Positions 13,504 through 26,199 of a stretch of 64,000 nucleotides of DNA are shown here, one piece after another (the first letter of the stretch is position 1; every line of letters begins with the position of its first letter). The DNA comes from Octopus vulgaris (Eukaryota): positions 122,574,001 through 122,638,000 of the forward strand of contig OX597817.1 in assembly GCA_951406725.2 (NCBI GenBank), written 5' to 3'. The translations under genes were made by a program, and so were the position numbers. Below the pieces are notes generated by a model that was not told the origin of the DNA, ran no database searches, and saw only the letters and a program-made list of their open reading frames with translations.

Positions 13504-13539
13504 CTTTCTGATAAAGAGCATAGGCTCAAAACCTAAAAG
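13504..13539 (+). ncRNA. Decayed minimal hammerhead
   Basis: cttt CTGATAA a gagc atag gctc AAAA cct aaaag. Same layout as the 56322 motif, with both core G residues mutated. Confidence 0.45.
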
Positions 13540-14301
13540 ACCTTTTCATTTTCCTGAGCATCAAACAATACACTTGCTTGTTGTTCATACATCTGTCTTC
13601 ATCTTTTGGTTTTCTATAAATTCCAACAATATATATATGTATATATATCAAAATAAGCAACGAGGATATCCAGAGGTAATGCAATACGATCATTGAGTGC
13701 ATGTGTGTCTTTGTATATGTGTTTGTCCTTGCCACTGCTTGACAACCAATGTTGGTGTGTTTATGTTCCCATAAACTAGCAGTTCAGGAAAAGAGAAACA
13801 ACAGGATAAATTCCAGGTTTAACAAAAAAAAAAGGAAAAAATAAGTACTGGGGTCAGTTCACTCAATAAAACATTCTTCAAGGTAGAGCCCCTTCATGGC
13901 TGCAGTCTAATGATTGAAACAAGTAAAAGATAAATGATGAGATATCATGTATTGATAGAGTGACTAATTAACTGTTTCCAAACACATATATACATCACCA
14001 TTATCATCGTCATCATCCATTTAATGCCTCTTTTCTATGCTTGTATGCATTGGATGATTTGAAAATATCAAAGAAGCTGCAAGGCTGTGTTGGGCTATGA
14101 TGTCTGCTTCGGTATGTATTCTACAGCTGGATACCGTTCCTAATGCCAACCACTTTACAGTATTAACAGCATGTTTTTTCTTTTTTTTTCTTCTTTTTTT
14201 TAGTGCTGGTGTCACTAATGAGGTCAACAAGTAAATTGCAAGACAAGAAAGAATTAAAAAAAAAAATCTTCCTTACATTACTCAAAGCTTTGTGGTTCTA
14301 G

Positions 14302-14394
14302 ACTAAATCCACCTTACCTGACGTTTGGATACAGAGTAGGAAGAATTTAAACGATATTCAAAGCGGCTTCAAGTTGCGAGATTGTTTATGCTAT
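14302..14394 (+). CDS. Candidate 93-nt phase-0 host exon (TKSTLPDVWIQSRKNLNDIQSGFKLRDCLCY)
   Basis: Acceptor ctttgtggttctAG, donor GTAAGT, only one open frame, unique non-repeat sequence. Protein not recognised. Confidence 0.35.
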
Positions 14395-14733
14395 GTAAGT
14401 GACATCAGTTATTTTATTTTATTTTTATACTCTTGCAGGCAGGATACATTAATGTGGACATACAATGATTTTTAAGGAAAAGTATGCAGAACACATGAGC
14501 TGAGATAAACTTGTTACATATGCACACACACACACACATGCATGCATAAATACATGCATGCATACTCTTTACATAAGTGGTTATGTAGTTCAGAACTTTG
14601 CTTTCCAACCACATGGTTTCAGATCCAGTCCAACTTTATGCTACCTTGGGCAAATAGGTATTATTATAGACCACAGTAACCAAGCCTTGTGAGTAGATTT
14701 GGCAGAGAGAAACTAAAAGAAGCTTGTTGTATG

Positions 14734-14769
<36 letters not shown>

Positions 14770-14773
<4 letters not shown>

Positions 14774-15918
14774 CAAAATCAAAATCAAAACAAATCAAAA
14801 TAGATGAACATCAATGGAATCTGTATCTTTGTGGTACCAGTGCCGGTGGCACACAAGAGAACCATCCGAACGTGGCCGTAGCCAGTTCCGCATCGACCGG
14901 CCTCCGTGCTGTGGGCACGTAACAAACACCATCCGATCATGGCCGTTCGCCAGCCTCATCTGGCACCTGTGTCGGTGGCACATAAAAACACCTTCCGAAG
15001 ACCCGGCAAGACTAGTCAGTCCACCTGTGCATACCCTCCCTCTTGTGACACTTGTGAAGACCGGTTGAGGCAAGTGAAAATCAAAAAAAATCAAATCAAA
15101 TCAAATCAAAATAGACAAAATAGATGAACATCAATGGAATTTGTATCTTGTGGTACCAGTGCCTGTGGCACACAAGAAATCCATCAGTGCTGTAGTCAGT
15201 GCGGTGGGCACATGACAAACACCATCCGATCGTGGCCGTTCGCCAGCCTCATCTAGCACCTGTGTCGGTGGCACATAAAAACACCATCCGAAGACCCAGC
15301 AAGACTAGTCAGGCCATAACCCATGGCCCCTACCTGGGACGTAGTCAGTCCACCTGTGCATACCTTCCTTCTTGTGACACTTGTGAAGACCTGTTGAGGC
15401 AATTGAAAATCAAAACAAATCAAAATAGATGAACATCAATGGAATTTGTATCTTTGTGGTACCAGTGCCGGTGGCACGTGGCACACAAGAAAACCATCCG
15501 AACGTGGCCGTAGCCAGTACCGCATCGACTTGCCTCCGTGCTGTGGGCATGTAACAAGCACCTTCCGATCGTGGCCGTTTGCCAGCCTCATCTGGCACCT
15601 GTGTCGGTGGCACATAAAAACACCATCCGAGCGTGGCCGTCTGCCAGCCTCGTCTGGCATCTGTGTCGGTGGCACATAAAAAACACCATCCGAGCGTGGC
15701 CGTTTGCCAGCCTCGTCTGGCACCTGTGTCGGTGGCACATAAAATCACCCACTACACTCTCGGAGTGGTTGGCATTAGGAAGGGCATCCAGCTGTAGAAA
15801 CACTGCCAGATCTGACTGGACTGGTGCAGCTTTCGGGCTCCCCAGACCCCAGTTGAACCGTCCAACCCATGCTAGCATGGAAAGCGGACGTTAAATGATG
15901 ATGATGATGATGATGATG
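14770..15918 (+). mobile_element. (TGA)n-tailed retroposon family C with internal tandem amplification
   Basis: Three units of about 300 bp starting aaatagatgaacatcaatggaat, then about 60-bp subrepeats (gtgtcggtggcacataaaaacaccatccg), then tail gcatggaaagcggacgttaaatgatgatg. Other copies near 21330, 44850, 45610, 47750, 50400 and 51248. Confidence 0.75.
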
Positions 15919-18029
15919 ATATATATATATTTACACACACACATAAAATACAAAATGGGACAAGAATGCAAAACATCCAGACAGATGATACAAAAATGGA
16001 CAACAAAACATCCAGATAAAAAATACAAAGAAAACAAGGATGGGTCATTTGGAGTTTTCTTTCCTCAGTCAAGTTCCAGATTATCTTTGCAATTTCAGCT
16101 GGTTATACTCGAGATTGCTCCAATCCACACACACAACATGCATACATACATTTGTACAAATGTAGACAAACCTGTATATCTATCTATCTATCTATATATC
16201 TACCTATCTATCTATCTATATATATCTATATATCTATCTATATATATATATATATACACACACCCACACAGATGTTTAACATCCACATATCAATCCATAA
16301 CTTGTGCTTATGAGTGGATGTGAATGAGTATGCTTGCATGTATGTGTGTGTATATATTTTCTGTGGTGTGTGTGTGTGTGTATGTGCGCGTACTGCATGC
16401 ATGTGTGTGTGTGCATCTCAGAATTAGTTTGTCAGTGTGTCTGTATGTGTAAATATAGAGGAAGTCGAAGTGAGTAATTCTATTTGCCTGACAAGCAGAC
16501 ATTGAACCATAAAAGACTGATAATCATTAGAGAAAGCTTTCGTTGATGCCAGAGAAAAAGAGAGAAAGAAACTTTTCAAAAGAAAATTCTGGAAAATTAA
16601 GCTGAATGCCGAAGAAGAGAGAATGATAGTGATAGTGGGGTTAGGTGAGTGATTGATCAAGGTAGAGAAGTGAAGAGGGGGAATGATTTACAGAAACTAA
16701 GAGAAAGAGAGAGAGAGAAAGAAGAAGGTGTAAGAGAGAGTGAAGAGTGAATGAGAGATAGAAAGAAGGTAGATGCTAGAGGAAGATAGAGGTGGTGAAA
16801 TAAAAGTAGAGTGAGAGGTGTTATTATAGTAGTACAGAGAGGGAGAGAGAGAGAGTGATATATATAAATATATATAATATATATATATATACATGTAAAC
16901 ATGTACACACACACATATATATGGATGCATATATACATATACACACACACATATTTATATATATATATTCATATATAGAGAGAGCAAGAGAGTACGGTGT
17001 ATTTGTATGAGTATATAGAGAGCAAGAGAGTATGGTGTATTTGTATGTGTGTGAGTATATATATATATATATATATATATAGTGAGAGAGAGAGGAAGAG
17101 AGAGAGAGAGGGGAGGAGATAGAAGAAAGTGAGGTTTGAAATTTAAGTAGAGTGAAAGAGACAGAAATAAAGAAAGACGGAGAAGTGAGATGAAAGAAAT
17201 AATATTGATAGTTATGATAGCAGTCGTTGCCGTGGCAGAGAAGAAAAGGAGAGAGAGAGAGAGAGAAAGCAAGAAAGAGAGAAAGTGACTTGAAAAATAA
17301 TGTAAGAATGTTCCTTCCTTATAATGCAATGCATGAAGTGAAGTTGTGACATAAGACAGTAATGAAAACAGTTCGAGGAATCAATGGTATGCGAAGACAA
17401 ATGTGTTAAAAGCCTATAATCAGGCTTTTTATGTCTCTTATTTGCTTACCAATATATACACGTTGCACATGACATCACAATCACTGCGCTTTCCAATAAT
17501 TTTGTGTATGAGTCTGTGCCTGTATCGCTCTCTCAATCCGTCTCCTTCTATCTCTGATTTCCTCTCTAATGTATGTGTGTATAAGAGGGAGTATGTATGT
17601 ATATATATATATATGCATGTGTGTGTGTGTATGTGTATGTGTGATGGGTTATGTTATGTATGTGTCAATGACATTTTTTCTCCTGGCTGCCATTTTCAAT
17701 AGATAGCAAAATATCAATGATTCATCCCATTATAGTATTTTTCTGCAATCATTATCAATATTATCATTATCATTGTTCTTCTTCTTCTTCTTCTTCTTCT
17801 TATTATTATTATTATCACCACCATATTATTATTACCATCATCATCCTCCCTCATTATCATCATTATCATTATTATTATTATTACCTGTTTTTTAATGTTT
17901 TTGTAGTTATTGTTGATCTCACTCTTTACCTCAATGCCAAACCTCTTACCGTTTCTTTTCTGTTGCTTTTCTTACATATTTTCTTCTTTTCCAATGTCCC
18001 AAATGTCTTTAGCATATGTAACCAAAGAA

Positions 18030-18400
18030 GAAATTTTTCTGGTAGCTATGGCGAAAGAGGTTGTGTGGTAGACGAGAATGGCAAGACCGAAGACAGGTGC
18101 CTTCTTTGGCCAAGCCCTCATTGACTTTTTTTTTTTTTATTCAATTTGGAAAGGAAAATGTGGACTGAGAGAGAGGTGCTGATACCCTGCCACAAATCCG
18201 TGTAAATTTGATGAATGGTGGGTAAATGTGGTGATGACAGTTCAAGAAAGTGGACCTACTCTAAGTTGGTATTTATAGGCTGAGATGTAGGAGCGATGTA
18301 AGAGGAGAGAGGAGCACTTGACATGGTACACCTGATGAGAAAGGAGGGTCAGGATCGATGGGATTCCTTGGTTGTGTTTTTCCTTCTGTTTAAGACTGAC
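18030..18400 (+). mobile_element. Decayed L1/Tx1-like LINE 3' end
   Basis: Homologous to 19200-19630 (AKEVVW...RK..EREVL...WVNV). Confidence 0.5.
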
Positions 18401-19199
18401 ATTCAGCAATGGTTTCGTCATCATGATGCACTGTTTCTATCACTAATAAAACTTTGCATTTTTGATGACACAGGTATGCTAGTAGTAATAATAATAATCT
18501 TTTCTACTATAGGCACAAGGCCTGAAATGTGTAGGTGGGGGCTAGATGTTCACATCAGCCCCAGTGTCTAACTGGTACTTACAGGTGAAATGCTTCACAG
18601 TATTTCGTCTGCCTTCATGTTCTCAGTTCAAATTCTGTTGAGGTCTGCTTTGCATTTCAACCTTTTGGGGTTGATAAAATAAGTACCATTTGACTACTGG
18701 GTTTGATGTTACTGACTGTCAGCCTCTCCCAAAATTTCAGGCCTTGTGCCTTATTATTATTATTAGGTAGTGAGCTGACAGAATTGTTAGCATGTCTACA
18801 TAATGTAGTGTTCATCAAACATTTTGTTAATTGTAATTGTTTTAAATGTTTACATGATTTTTATGTAAATTACCACTGTTCTTTGTTTTTGTATTGTCCT
18901 AAATGTTCTTTGCAGCCCTTGAGGCTAATAAAGAAATCTTAGAATAATTTCATTATGATTATTATTATTATTAGTGTAAAAAAGGCAAGCTAGCAGAATC
19001 ATTAGCATACTGGGCAAAATGCTTAGCAGCATTTCATATCTTTATACTCCGAGTTCGAATTCCACTGAAGTTAACTCAGACTTTCATCCCCTTGGGGTTG
19101 ATGAAATATGTAGCAGTTGAGCACTTAAAGTCAATTTAACTTACCTTTACCAAAATTTCTGGCCTTGTGCCAAAATTTGAAATCATTATCATTATTATA

Positions 19200-19630
19200 A
19201 TGTAGTAAAAGAGGTTGTGTGGTGGTCTAGACTGAAAGGGTTGAAGACATACTCTCTTCTTGGCCTATTCTTCATCAACTTTTTCAGATACCATCTAAAA
19301 AGGAAAGTGAAGGTTGAGAGAGAGGTGCTGACTTCCAGCACATTTGTTGAAAGGTAGGTGAATGTGGCAAAGATGTTCTTTATCAATGGGCCTTCTTTGA
19401 GCATGTGCTTTTTGAGCTTCCAAGGCCGAGAGAGAGAGCCCTTGCCCTTGTGGTCGGGGCACTTATGGATTTTTCTTGGGGTCTCCATGAGTAGCCCTGA
19501 GTTACTTGCCTCTTTTAGTCATTTTCTTTGTTATATTTTTTATTGTTATTGACTTTTTACACAACACTTTATGTAACCCCACTATGTCCTACATGTTTTG
19601 AAATGTCCGATCTTAATTTTGTGGCTAATA
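19200..19630 (+). mobile_element. L1/Tx1-like LINE 3' end with 3' UTR
   Basis: Translation VVKEVVWWSRLKGLKT...FINFFRYHLKRKVKVEREVL...VNVAKM; ends in aataaagaaa. Confidence 0.55.
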
Positions 19631-19638
19631 AAGAAAGG

Positions 19639-19680
<42 letters not shown>

Positions 19681-19949
19681 GGATTTGTGTCCCATGGGCA
19701 GCCTTTGACTTTTTCTGTTGAAACAGTTTTATCCCAATATTTACATGCTATAATATATAGCCCAATTGTTAGCACACTGGACACTGGATTCAATAAATTA
19801 AGTACCAGTAAAACATTGGATCAATGTAATTGACTAGACCCCACTACCCAAAATTTCAGGCCTTGTGCATATAGTAGAAAAGATTGTCATTATTACTTCT
19901 AGCATACTTGTGTCATCAAAAATGCTAACAGTTTTATTAGTGATAGAAA

Positions 19950-20251
19950 GTGGAGGCAGATGGCCTAGTGGTTAGAGCAGTGAACTCGCGGTCGAGGGAT
20001 TGTGAGTTTGAATCTCAGACCAGGCGATGTGTGTGTTTATGAAGGAAACACTGAAGCTCCACACGGCTCTGGCAGAATGTTATGGCAAACTTCTGCTGAC
20101 TCTTTCGCCATGACTTTCTCTCACTCTTTCCTCCTGCATCTTGCAGCTCACCTGCAATGTACCAGCATCTCATCCAGGTGGGGAACCTATACACCAAGGA
20201 AACCGGGAAACCGGCCCTTATGAGCCAGACATGGCTCGAGAAGGAAGAAGG
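19950..20251 (+). mobile_element. tRNA-derived SINE with 11-bp TSD
   Basis: Head tggcctagtggttagagcag...gagtttgaatctc; agtgatagaaa repeated at 19939-19949 and 20252-20262. Confidence 0.85.
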
Positions 20252-20954
20252 AGTGATAGAAACAGTGCATCAAAATTGCTGAATGTCGGCCGTTGACTAA
20301 TATGTATGTGTTTACAATTGAAGCACTTGAACAGATGCAGTCATAATATCTCTATTGAAAATATTGTCATTTACATAATATTATGTATACATATAACATA
20401 CAATTTTCCATGCTAGTATGGATCAGAGAGATTTTGTATGGCTGGAAGCTTTTCTTGTGATCATCCCTCACCTGGTCCTCGTGACCAGACATGTTTTCAT
20501 GATTGTTTGGAACCAAAGAGCACTTTTCTGATGACAATGGTACTCGCAATTATCACACCATATCAAGACAAGAAGGTAGTAAAACAAGTATATACACATA
20601 CATACAAACATAAATAGGTTTATTTATCTGTCTGTCTATCTATCTATCTGTCTGTTTATCTATATTTATCTATCTATCTGCCTAAATATCTATCTGTCTA
20701 CTTATATATCTATCTGACTGTCTATCTATTTGTCTGTCTATCAATCTATATATATCTCTCTGTCTATCTATTTATCTATCTGTCTGTCTATCTATTTATC
20801 TGTCTATTTATCTATCCGTCCGTCCGTCCATCCATCCGTCCGTCTGTCCATCCGTCTATCTGTCTGTCTATCTATCTATCTGTCTGTCTATCTGTGTCTC
20901 TCTATCTATCTGTCTCTCTATCTGTCTATATACATATATATATTTCATTAATGA

Positions 20955-21251
20955 GAGAAATGGAAGACAGAAGATACACGAAGGTTTATTGATCACTACA
21001 ATTGTTTCAACTCATCTAGCATTGATCCCTCATAGGTGAGATACTGAAAATCTGGTTTAGGTGTATCTGTCAGTATAGTTGTGTCTCCTCGAGTGGTTAC
21101 AAAATGTATCTTGTAAAAATAACGTCTGTGCTGCAAGATTTCTTCTCAGTATATGTATACAAAAACAACAAATTAAGGGATACAGCTTCATTATAATAGG
21201 TCAATTACAAATTTCAGATGCAAAAAGAAATAAATACACAATACAGAGTAA

Positions 21252-21256
<5 letters not shown>
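20955..21256 (-). mobile_element. PLE pseudo-LTR fragment with decayed hammerhead (20993-21039); paralogue at about 49107-49420
   Basis: Minus strand reads tcac CT-ATGA ... GAAA CAATTG TA gtga. The block is shared with the 49.1-kb copy. Confidence 0.55.
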
Positions 21257-21303
<47 letters not shown>

Positions 21304-21689
21304 GAACAAACAACCTCAAGATGCTGTACCTTTCAGATGAGATGACAAAGGGCAGAGGAACCTGGTGCTTTACCGTACTCAAGAAGACCTGAATTCCACA
21401 ACAGAAGTGTTAAGGCCACTCTCCCTGGTGAAGAGGATTGGTATGCAAGATTCTTGTGCCATAAAAAGCATTCATGCTGGTGCCACATCAAAGCATTTGG
21501 GCAGTACGACATTGAAAGTATAAAGTGGTTGGCATTGGGAAGGACATCCAGCCATAGAAACCATACCAAATCAGACTGGGACCAGTTGCAGCTTTCTGGT
21601 TTTCCAGCTCTTGGAAAACTGTCCAACCCATTCCAGCATGGAAAACAGAAATTAAATGATTACAAGGAGTAATATATACATAGATGTTG

Positions 21690-22330
21690 TTTGTCTTCTC
21701 CTTATGCAGAGTTTGACCACCACCTGTACCTACACCTTAGAACCATCATGGCATCTGATGTGGCTTTTTAAATGAGACAATGTTCTGAAAAGATATCCAC
21801 ATAGATTGCATATCCGATTTGGACCACCAAGAGCTGCAGATAAGTTCTGCTCTTTGTGGATCTTAAAATGTCTTTTGAGGCCTCTGTTAGATTTATACAC
21901 CTTCTGGCATACATTGCATTTAAAGGTGTGCACAGTCATATAAGGCAGAATAGAGATGGTATGGCCATATTGTTTGAATGGCAGATGAATGCATGTCCAA
22001 ACAGCTGTTTTGTGGTGAGCTTGCAGAGGGGGAAACACTATCAGCATAAACCTAAAAAAAAGGTTTAAGGACAACGTAAGGATACTACGAAGTTGCTTGG
22101 AATGGATCCAGAGGACATAGAAACCCTTGCTTCAGATCAAGCTGGATGGTGAACAGAAGTGTAGAGTGGAGTGAAAGTGTCTGAAGAGGCCAGGAGAGCA
22201 CATGCATAACTCAAAAGAGATTTAAGGAAGAATGTTACAATCAAGAAGGTTTTTTGTGTGCACAGTTTGTGTCAGACCATGCCTTTCTTTTGCTGGGCTC
22301 AAATCTCATTTGTGAACCCATGGAAAATGA
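21690..22330. mobile_element. Two RTE 3' fragments back-to-back (about 21690-21945 -, about 21950-22330 +)
   Basis: Plus strand: GHIV.MADECMSKQLFCGELAEG...KKRFKDNV...VCVRPCLSFAGLKSH. Minus strand: two C2H2 fingers CNVC..H..H and CNLC..H..H. Confidence 0.7.
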
Positions 22331-22844
22331 ACCTCCACCAACTATTATGCCTATATACATACACACTTACATACATATGTATTCATATATGTAGTACACA
22401 CATATGTATATATATTGCATATAGACATATATAATCACACAAAAGCCCATACATACACATGCCTATTTATAATAGTCTTCATTTAGTTTGTGGCATTGTT
22501 CTCTCTTGGAGTATAGTAGAAGACATTTGCCAAAGGTGCCTACATACATACATATAATTTATAAATGTTACATGAACAATGATATTTTAAAAAGAAAATG
22601 AGTTTAATATTTAATTTCATACATTCATGAAATTGATAAATTGAATAAAATGTACAATAAAAATTTGCAGCTTCATTTTGATTAAATTACAGTGACTTCA
22701 TCAAAAAAACCCTCTCACTACAGTTCACCAGCCTTTGACATCTCTGGCTGTCACTCACTCTCACGCCGTTTGTTATTTAAGCTTCCTTCTACCAGGGTGA
22801 CAGAAGTGTGAAATGCATCACCTTTTAATATATGTGTGATTATT

Positions 22845-24850
22845 AAGGTGGCGATCTAGCAGAACTGCTAACATGCCAGACAAAATGCTTGTTGGCATTT
22901 CATCTGTCTTTACATTCTGAGTTCAAATTCCACAGAGGTCAACTTTACCTTTCATCCTTTTACAGGATCAATAAAAATAAGTACCAGTCAAATACTGGGG
23001 TCAATGTAATCAACTGGTCCCTCCTCCAAAATTCAAGGCCATGCACCTATAACAGAAAGGGTCATCATTGCTATCATTATTGTAATTACCAATTTCTTTA
23101 CTACCCACATGGGGCTAAACATAGAGAGGACAAACAAGGACAGACAAATGGATTAAGTCGATTATATCGACCCCAGGGCGTAACTGGTACTTAATTTATC
23201 GACCCCGAAAGGATGAAAGGCAAAGTCGACCTCCGCGGAATTTGAACTCAGAACGTAGCGGCAGACGAAATACCGCTAAGCGTTTCGCCCGGTGTGCTAA
23301 CGTTTCTGCCAGCTCGCTGCCTTTTTGTAATTATTGTAATTACCATCACAGCAGTGAGCTGGCAGAATCATCCCCAAACCAGACAAAATGCTTTAGTTGT
23401 ATTTCTTCTGGTTCCTTGTGCTCTGAATTCCAGTATTATAGAAGTCAACTTTGCCTTTCAATCTCTCAGGATTGATAAAATAAGTACCAGTTGAGCACTT
23501 GGGTCAATGTAATTGACATGCCCTTCCCTTGAAATTGCTAGCCTTGTGCCAAAATTTGGGACCATCATCATCCTATTATTATTATTATTATTATTATTAA
23601 GGTGGTGAGCTGACAGAATTATTAGCATGCCAGGCAAAATGCTAAGCTGCATTTTGTCTATCTTTATGTTCTGAGTTCAAATTCCATCAAGGTCAACTTT
23701 GGCTTTCATACTTTCAGGGTTGATAAAATAAGTGCCAGTAGAACACTTGGATTGATGCAATCAACTTAACCCCTCCCTCAAAATTGCTGGCCTTAGGCCA
23801 AAATTTGAAATCATTATTATTATTATTATTAATATTATTATTGCAAGATCCTGTATTCAATATATGGCTGTAGATCGGTGGGAAGGACAAGAAGAAATCA
23901 CTTGTTTTTCTGTATCCAAGAAATCTATGGCTTTATGTGTGAAGTATCATAGATTATTATATGTGATATCATTCAGTGGATTTAAAAAAAAATTTCTTTT
24001 GTGTTTTTTCTTTTATTGTTGTTTGTTCCTTTATATATCTTCATTGTTAGGTTAATCCCTTCCTTTTACTTGATAAATAGCTCATCAGTTGTTTTATTTT
24101 ATATTTTATATTTATATTTTTATAATTCATATTGCATTTATATTGACCATAATATCTTGGATCCTTGTGGTTAATAAAAAAAAAATGATTGGCAGAACAA
24201 TAAGAGAGTCAAACTAAAATTAAATACCTTGCAATATTTGTTTCAGTTTTTACATTCTGTGTTCAAATCCTGCTGACAGCTGCATTGCTTTTCATCTTGT
24301 TTGGGTCAATAAAATCAAATGCTAGTCTAGAACTGGAATCAATTTAATCAATAATTCCCTTCCTAAAAATTCTAGCCTTGCAGAAAAAAAGGCCCCACAC
24401 TTGAAAAATTGCTAGCTCACTGGACAAAACGCTTAGTAGTATTTCATCTGACTTTACTTTCTCAGTTCAAATTCAGCTGAGGTCAACTTTGCATTTTATC
24501 CTTTTGGAGATTGATGGAATAAGTATCTGTTAAGCACTGGGGTCAATGTAATTGACAATCCCTCACCCACAAAACTTCAGGCATTGTACTTATAGTAGAA
24601 AGTATTATTATTATCATTATTATTACTATTATTATTATTATTATTCTTAAGGCAGTGAGCTGGCTGAATCATTAGCATGCTAGGTGAAATGTTTAGTGGT
24701 ATTTCATCTGTCTTTCCATTGTAAGTTCAAATTTTGCAGGGGCTAACATCCTTTCGGAGTTGATAAAATAAGTACCAGTTGAGCACTGAGGTCGATGTAA
24801 TCAACTTGCCCATTCCCCTGAAATTTCAGGTCTTGTGCCTATAATAGAAA
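22845..24850. mobile_element. Cluster of about seven family-B-related SINEs separated by (ATT)n
   Basis: Repeated gttcaaattcc...gaggtcaactttgcctttcatcc...aataagtaccag; a younger minus-strand copy at 23091-23322. Confidence 0.8.
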
Positions 24851-26199
24851 TTATTATTATCATTATTATTATTGCATGAGAGAGCAGCGCACACCATCAA
24901 AGTGACATTGGGGTACAAATATACTAAGCTCAATATACCCATCATGACCACCCGTCTGATAAGGGTACACCAGGCACATGTATCACAACCATATGTGCAT
25001 GACATGGTGATTCCATGTCAAGATAAACAGCACATGACCTTGCAGGTGGGGCCCGGTTGAGTAGCCCATCTCACTCAGGGGTTGTTTAAGGATATTGGAC
25101 AAAACGCCCATGTTTCCAGAGGTGAATTATCCAAACCTCAAAGAATTCCTCTCAACCCATGACTATGATGCTCTCCCACTACTGCTCATGATCAGAGAAG
25201 CATATATCATCAGCTACTAAGGGACATGCTCAACTGCTTAAGGTCAAACAACTGACAAACAAATCTGTGGTACTGAGTAGAATATTTGCTGTAACCTGTC
25301 TTTTATACCAAGACAAAACAATACACATGATAACATTTCCAATCAGTTAAGATCAGAAGCCATGAGAGCCAATGCCTGGTAATGCATCAGGGTATAGCAG
25401 AATAATTGCTGTAGCCCATCTTTTATACCAAGACAAAACAATGTACATGATAACACTTCCAATCAGTTAAGGTCAGCATCCACGAGAGCCTGATACTGAA
25501 TGTGGTACTCACCAGGCAATCAGATAAGTTTATCGTGAAGACACTTACATAGTGCCTTCCTTTGGTAAAGAAGAGTGAATAATGCCAAAAGATTTGAAGA
25601 TCTCTCTGGTCATGCTCTCTTCAACTTTCTCAAGAACTACTTGAAGAAAAGCTGTGAGTGAAAATGGAGGCAAATTCTATGACAGGCTGATGGGAATGGT
25701 AAAATAGACATGGCTAAATAGACCTATGTTAACTATGCTGGCAGTAGGAACTAAAAGAAGGCAACTATCATTTGTGCATCAGAATAATATTGGAATTTTG
25801 TGTGGGGTTCTTCAAATCCTTAAATCAATCTGTACTGCTGTTTTCTCACCATTTTGAATGTTTTCTTTCTGTTATTTTGCCTTTATTTTTATTGTTTTAT
25901 TATTGTGATTTATTGTTACTGTTGATTTTGCAATTTTTACTTGATGTATATCCTCTATTGTTTTTATATTTTTCCCCAACTTATAATGTTCTTAACATTT
26001 AAGGCATAAAGCATTTTAGTGCTAGAAAGAAAATAATTCAAATAGGAGAGGCATGCAAGAAAATAATGACAGCATCAACATTCCATCATCGTTTGCTCAC
26101 TCTGTGGGAAAAAAAACAGAATAGCTTGATTTGAACCAATCAAAGAATAGGAAATGTTGTGGATGAGATATGCTACAAAAGATAGCGCCTCCTTACTCA

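Noticed and set aside
15500-15740. CRISPR-like regular repeats
   Set aside because: Units are tandem near-copies with no unique spacers, in a eukaryotic retroposon with no cas genes.
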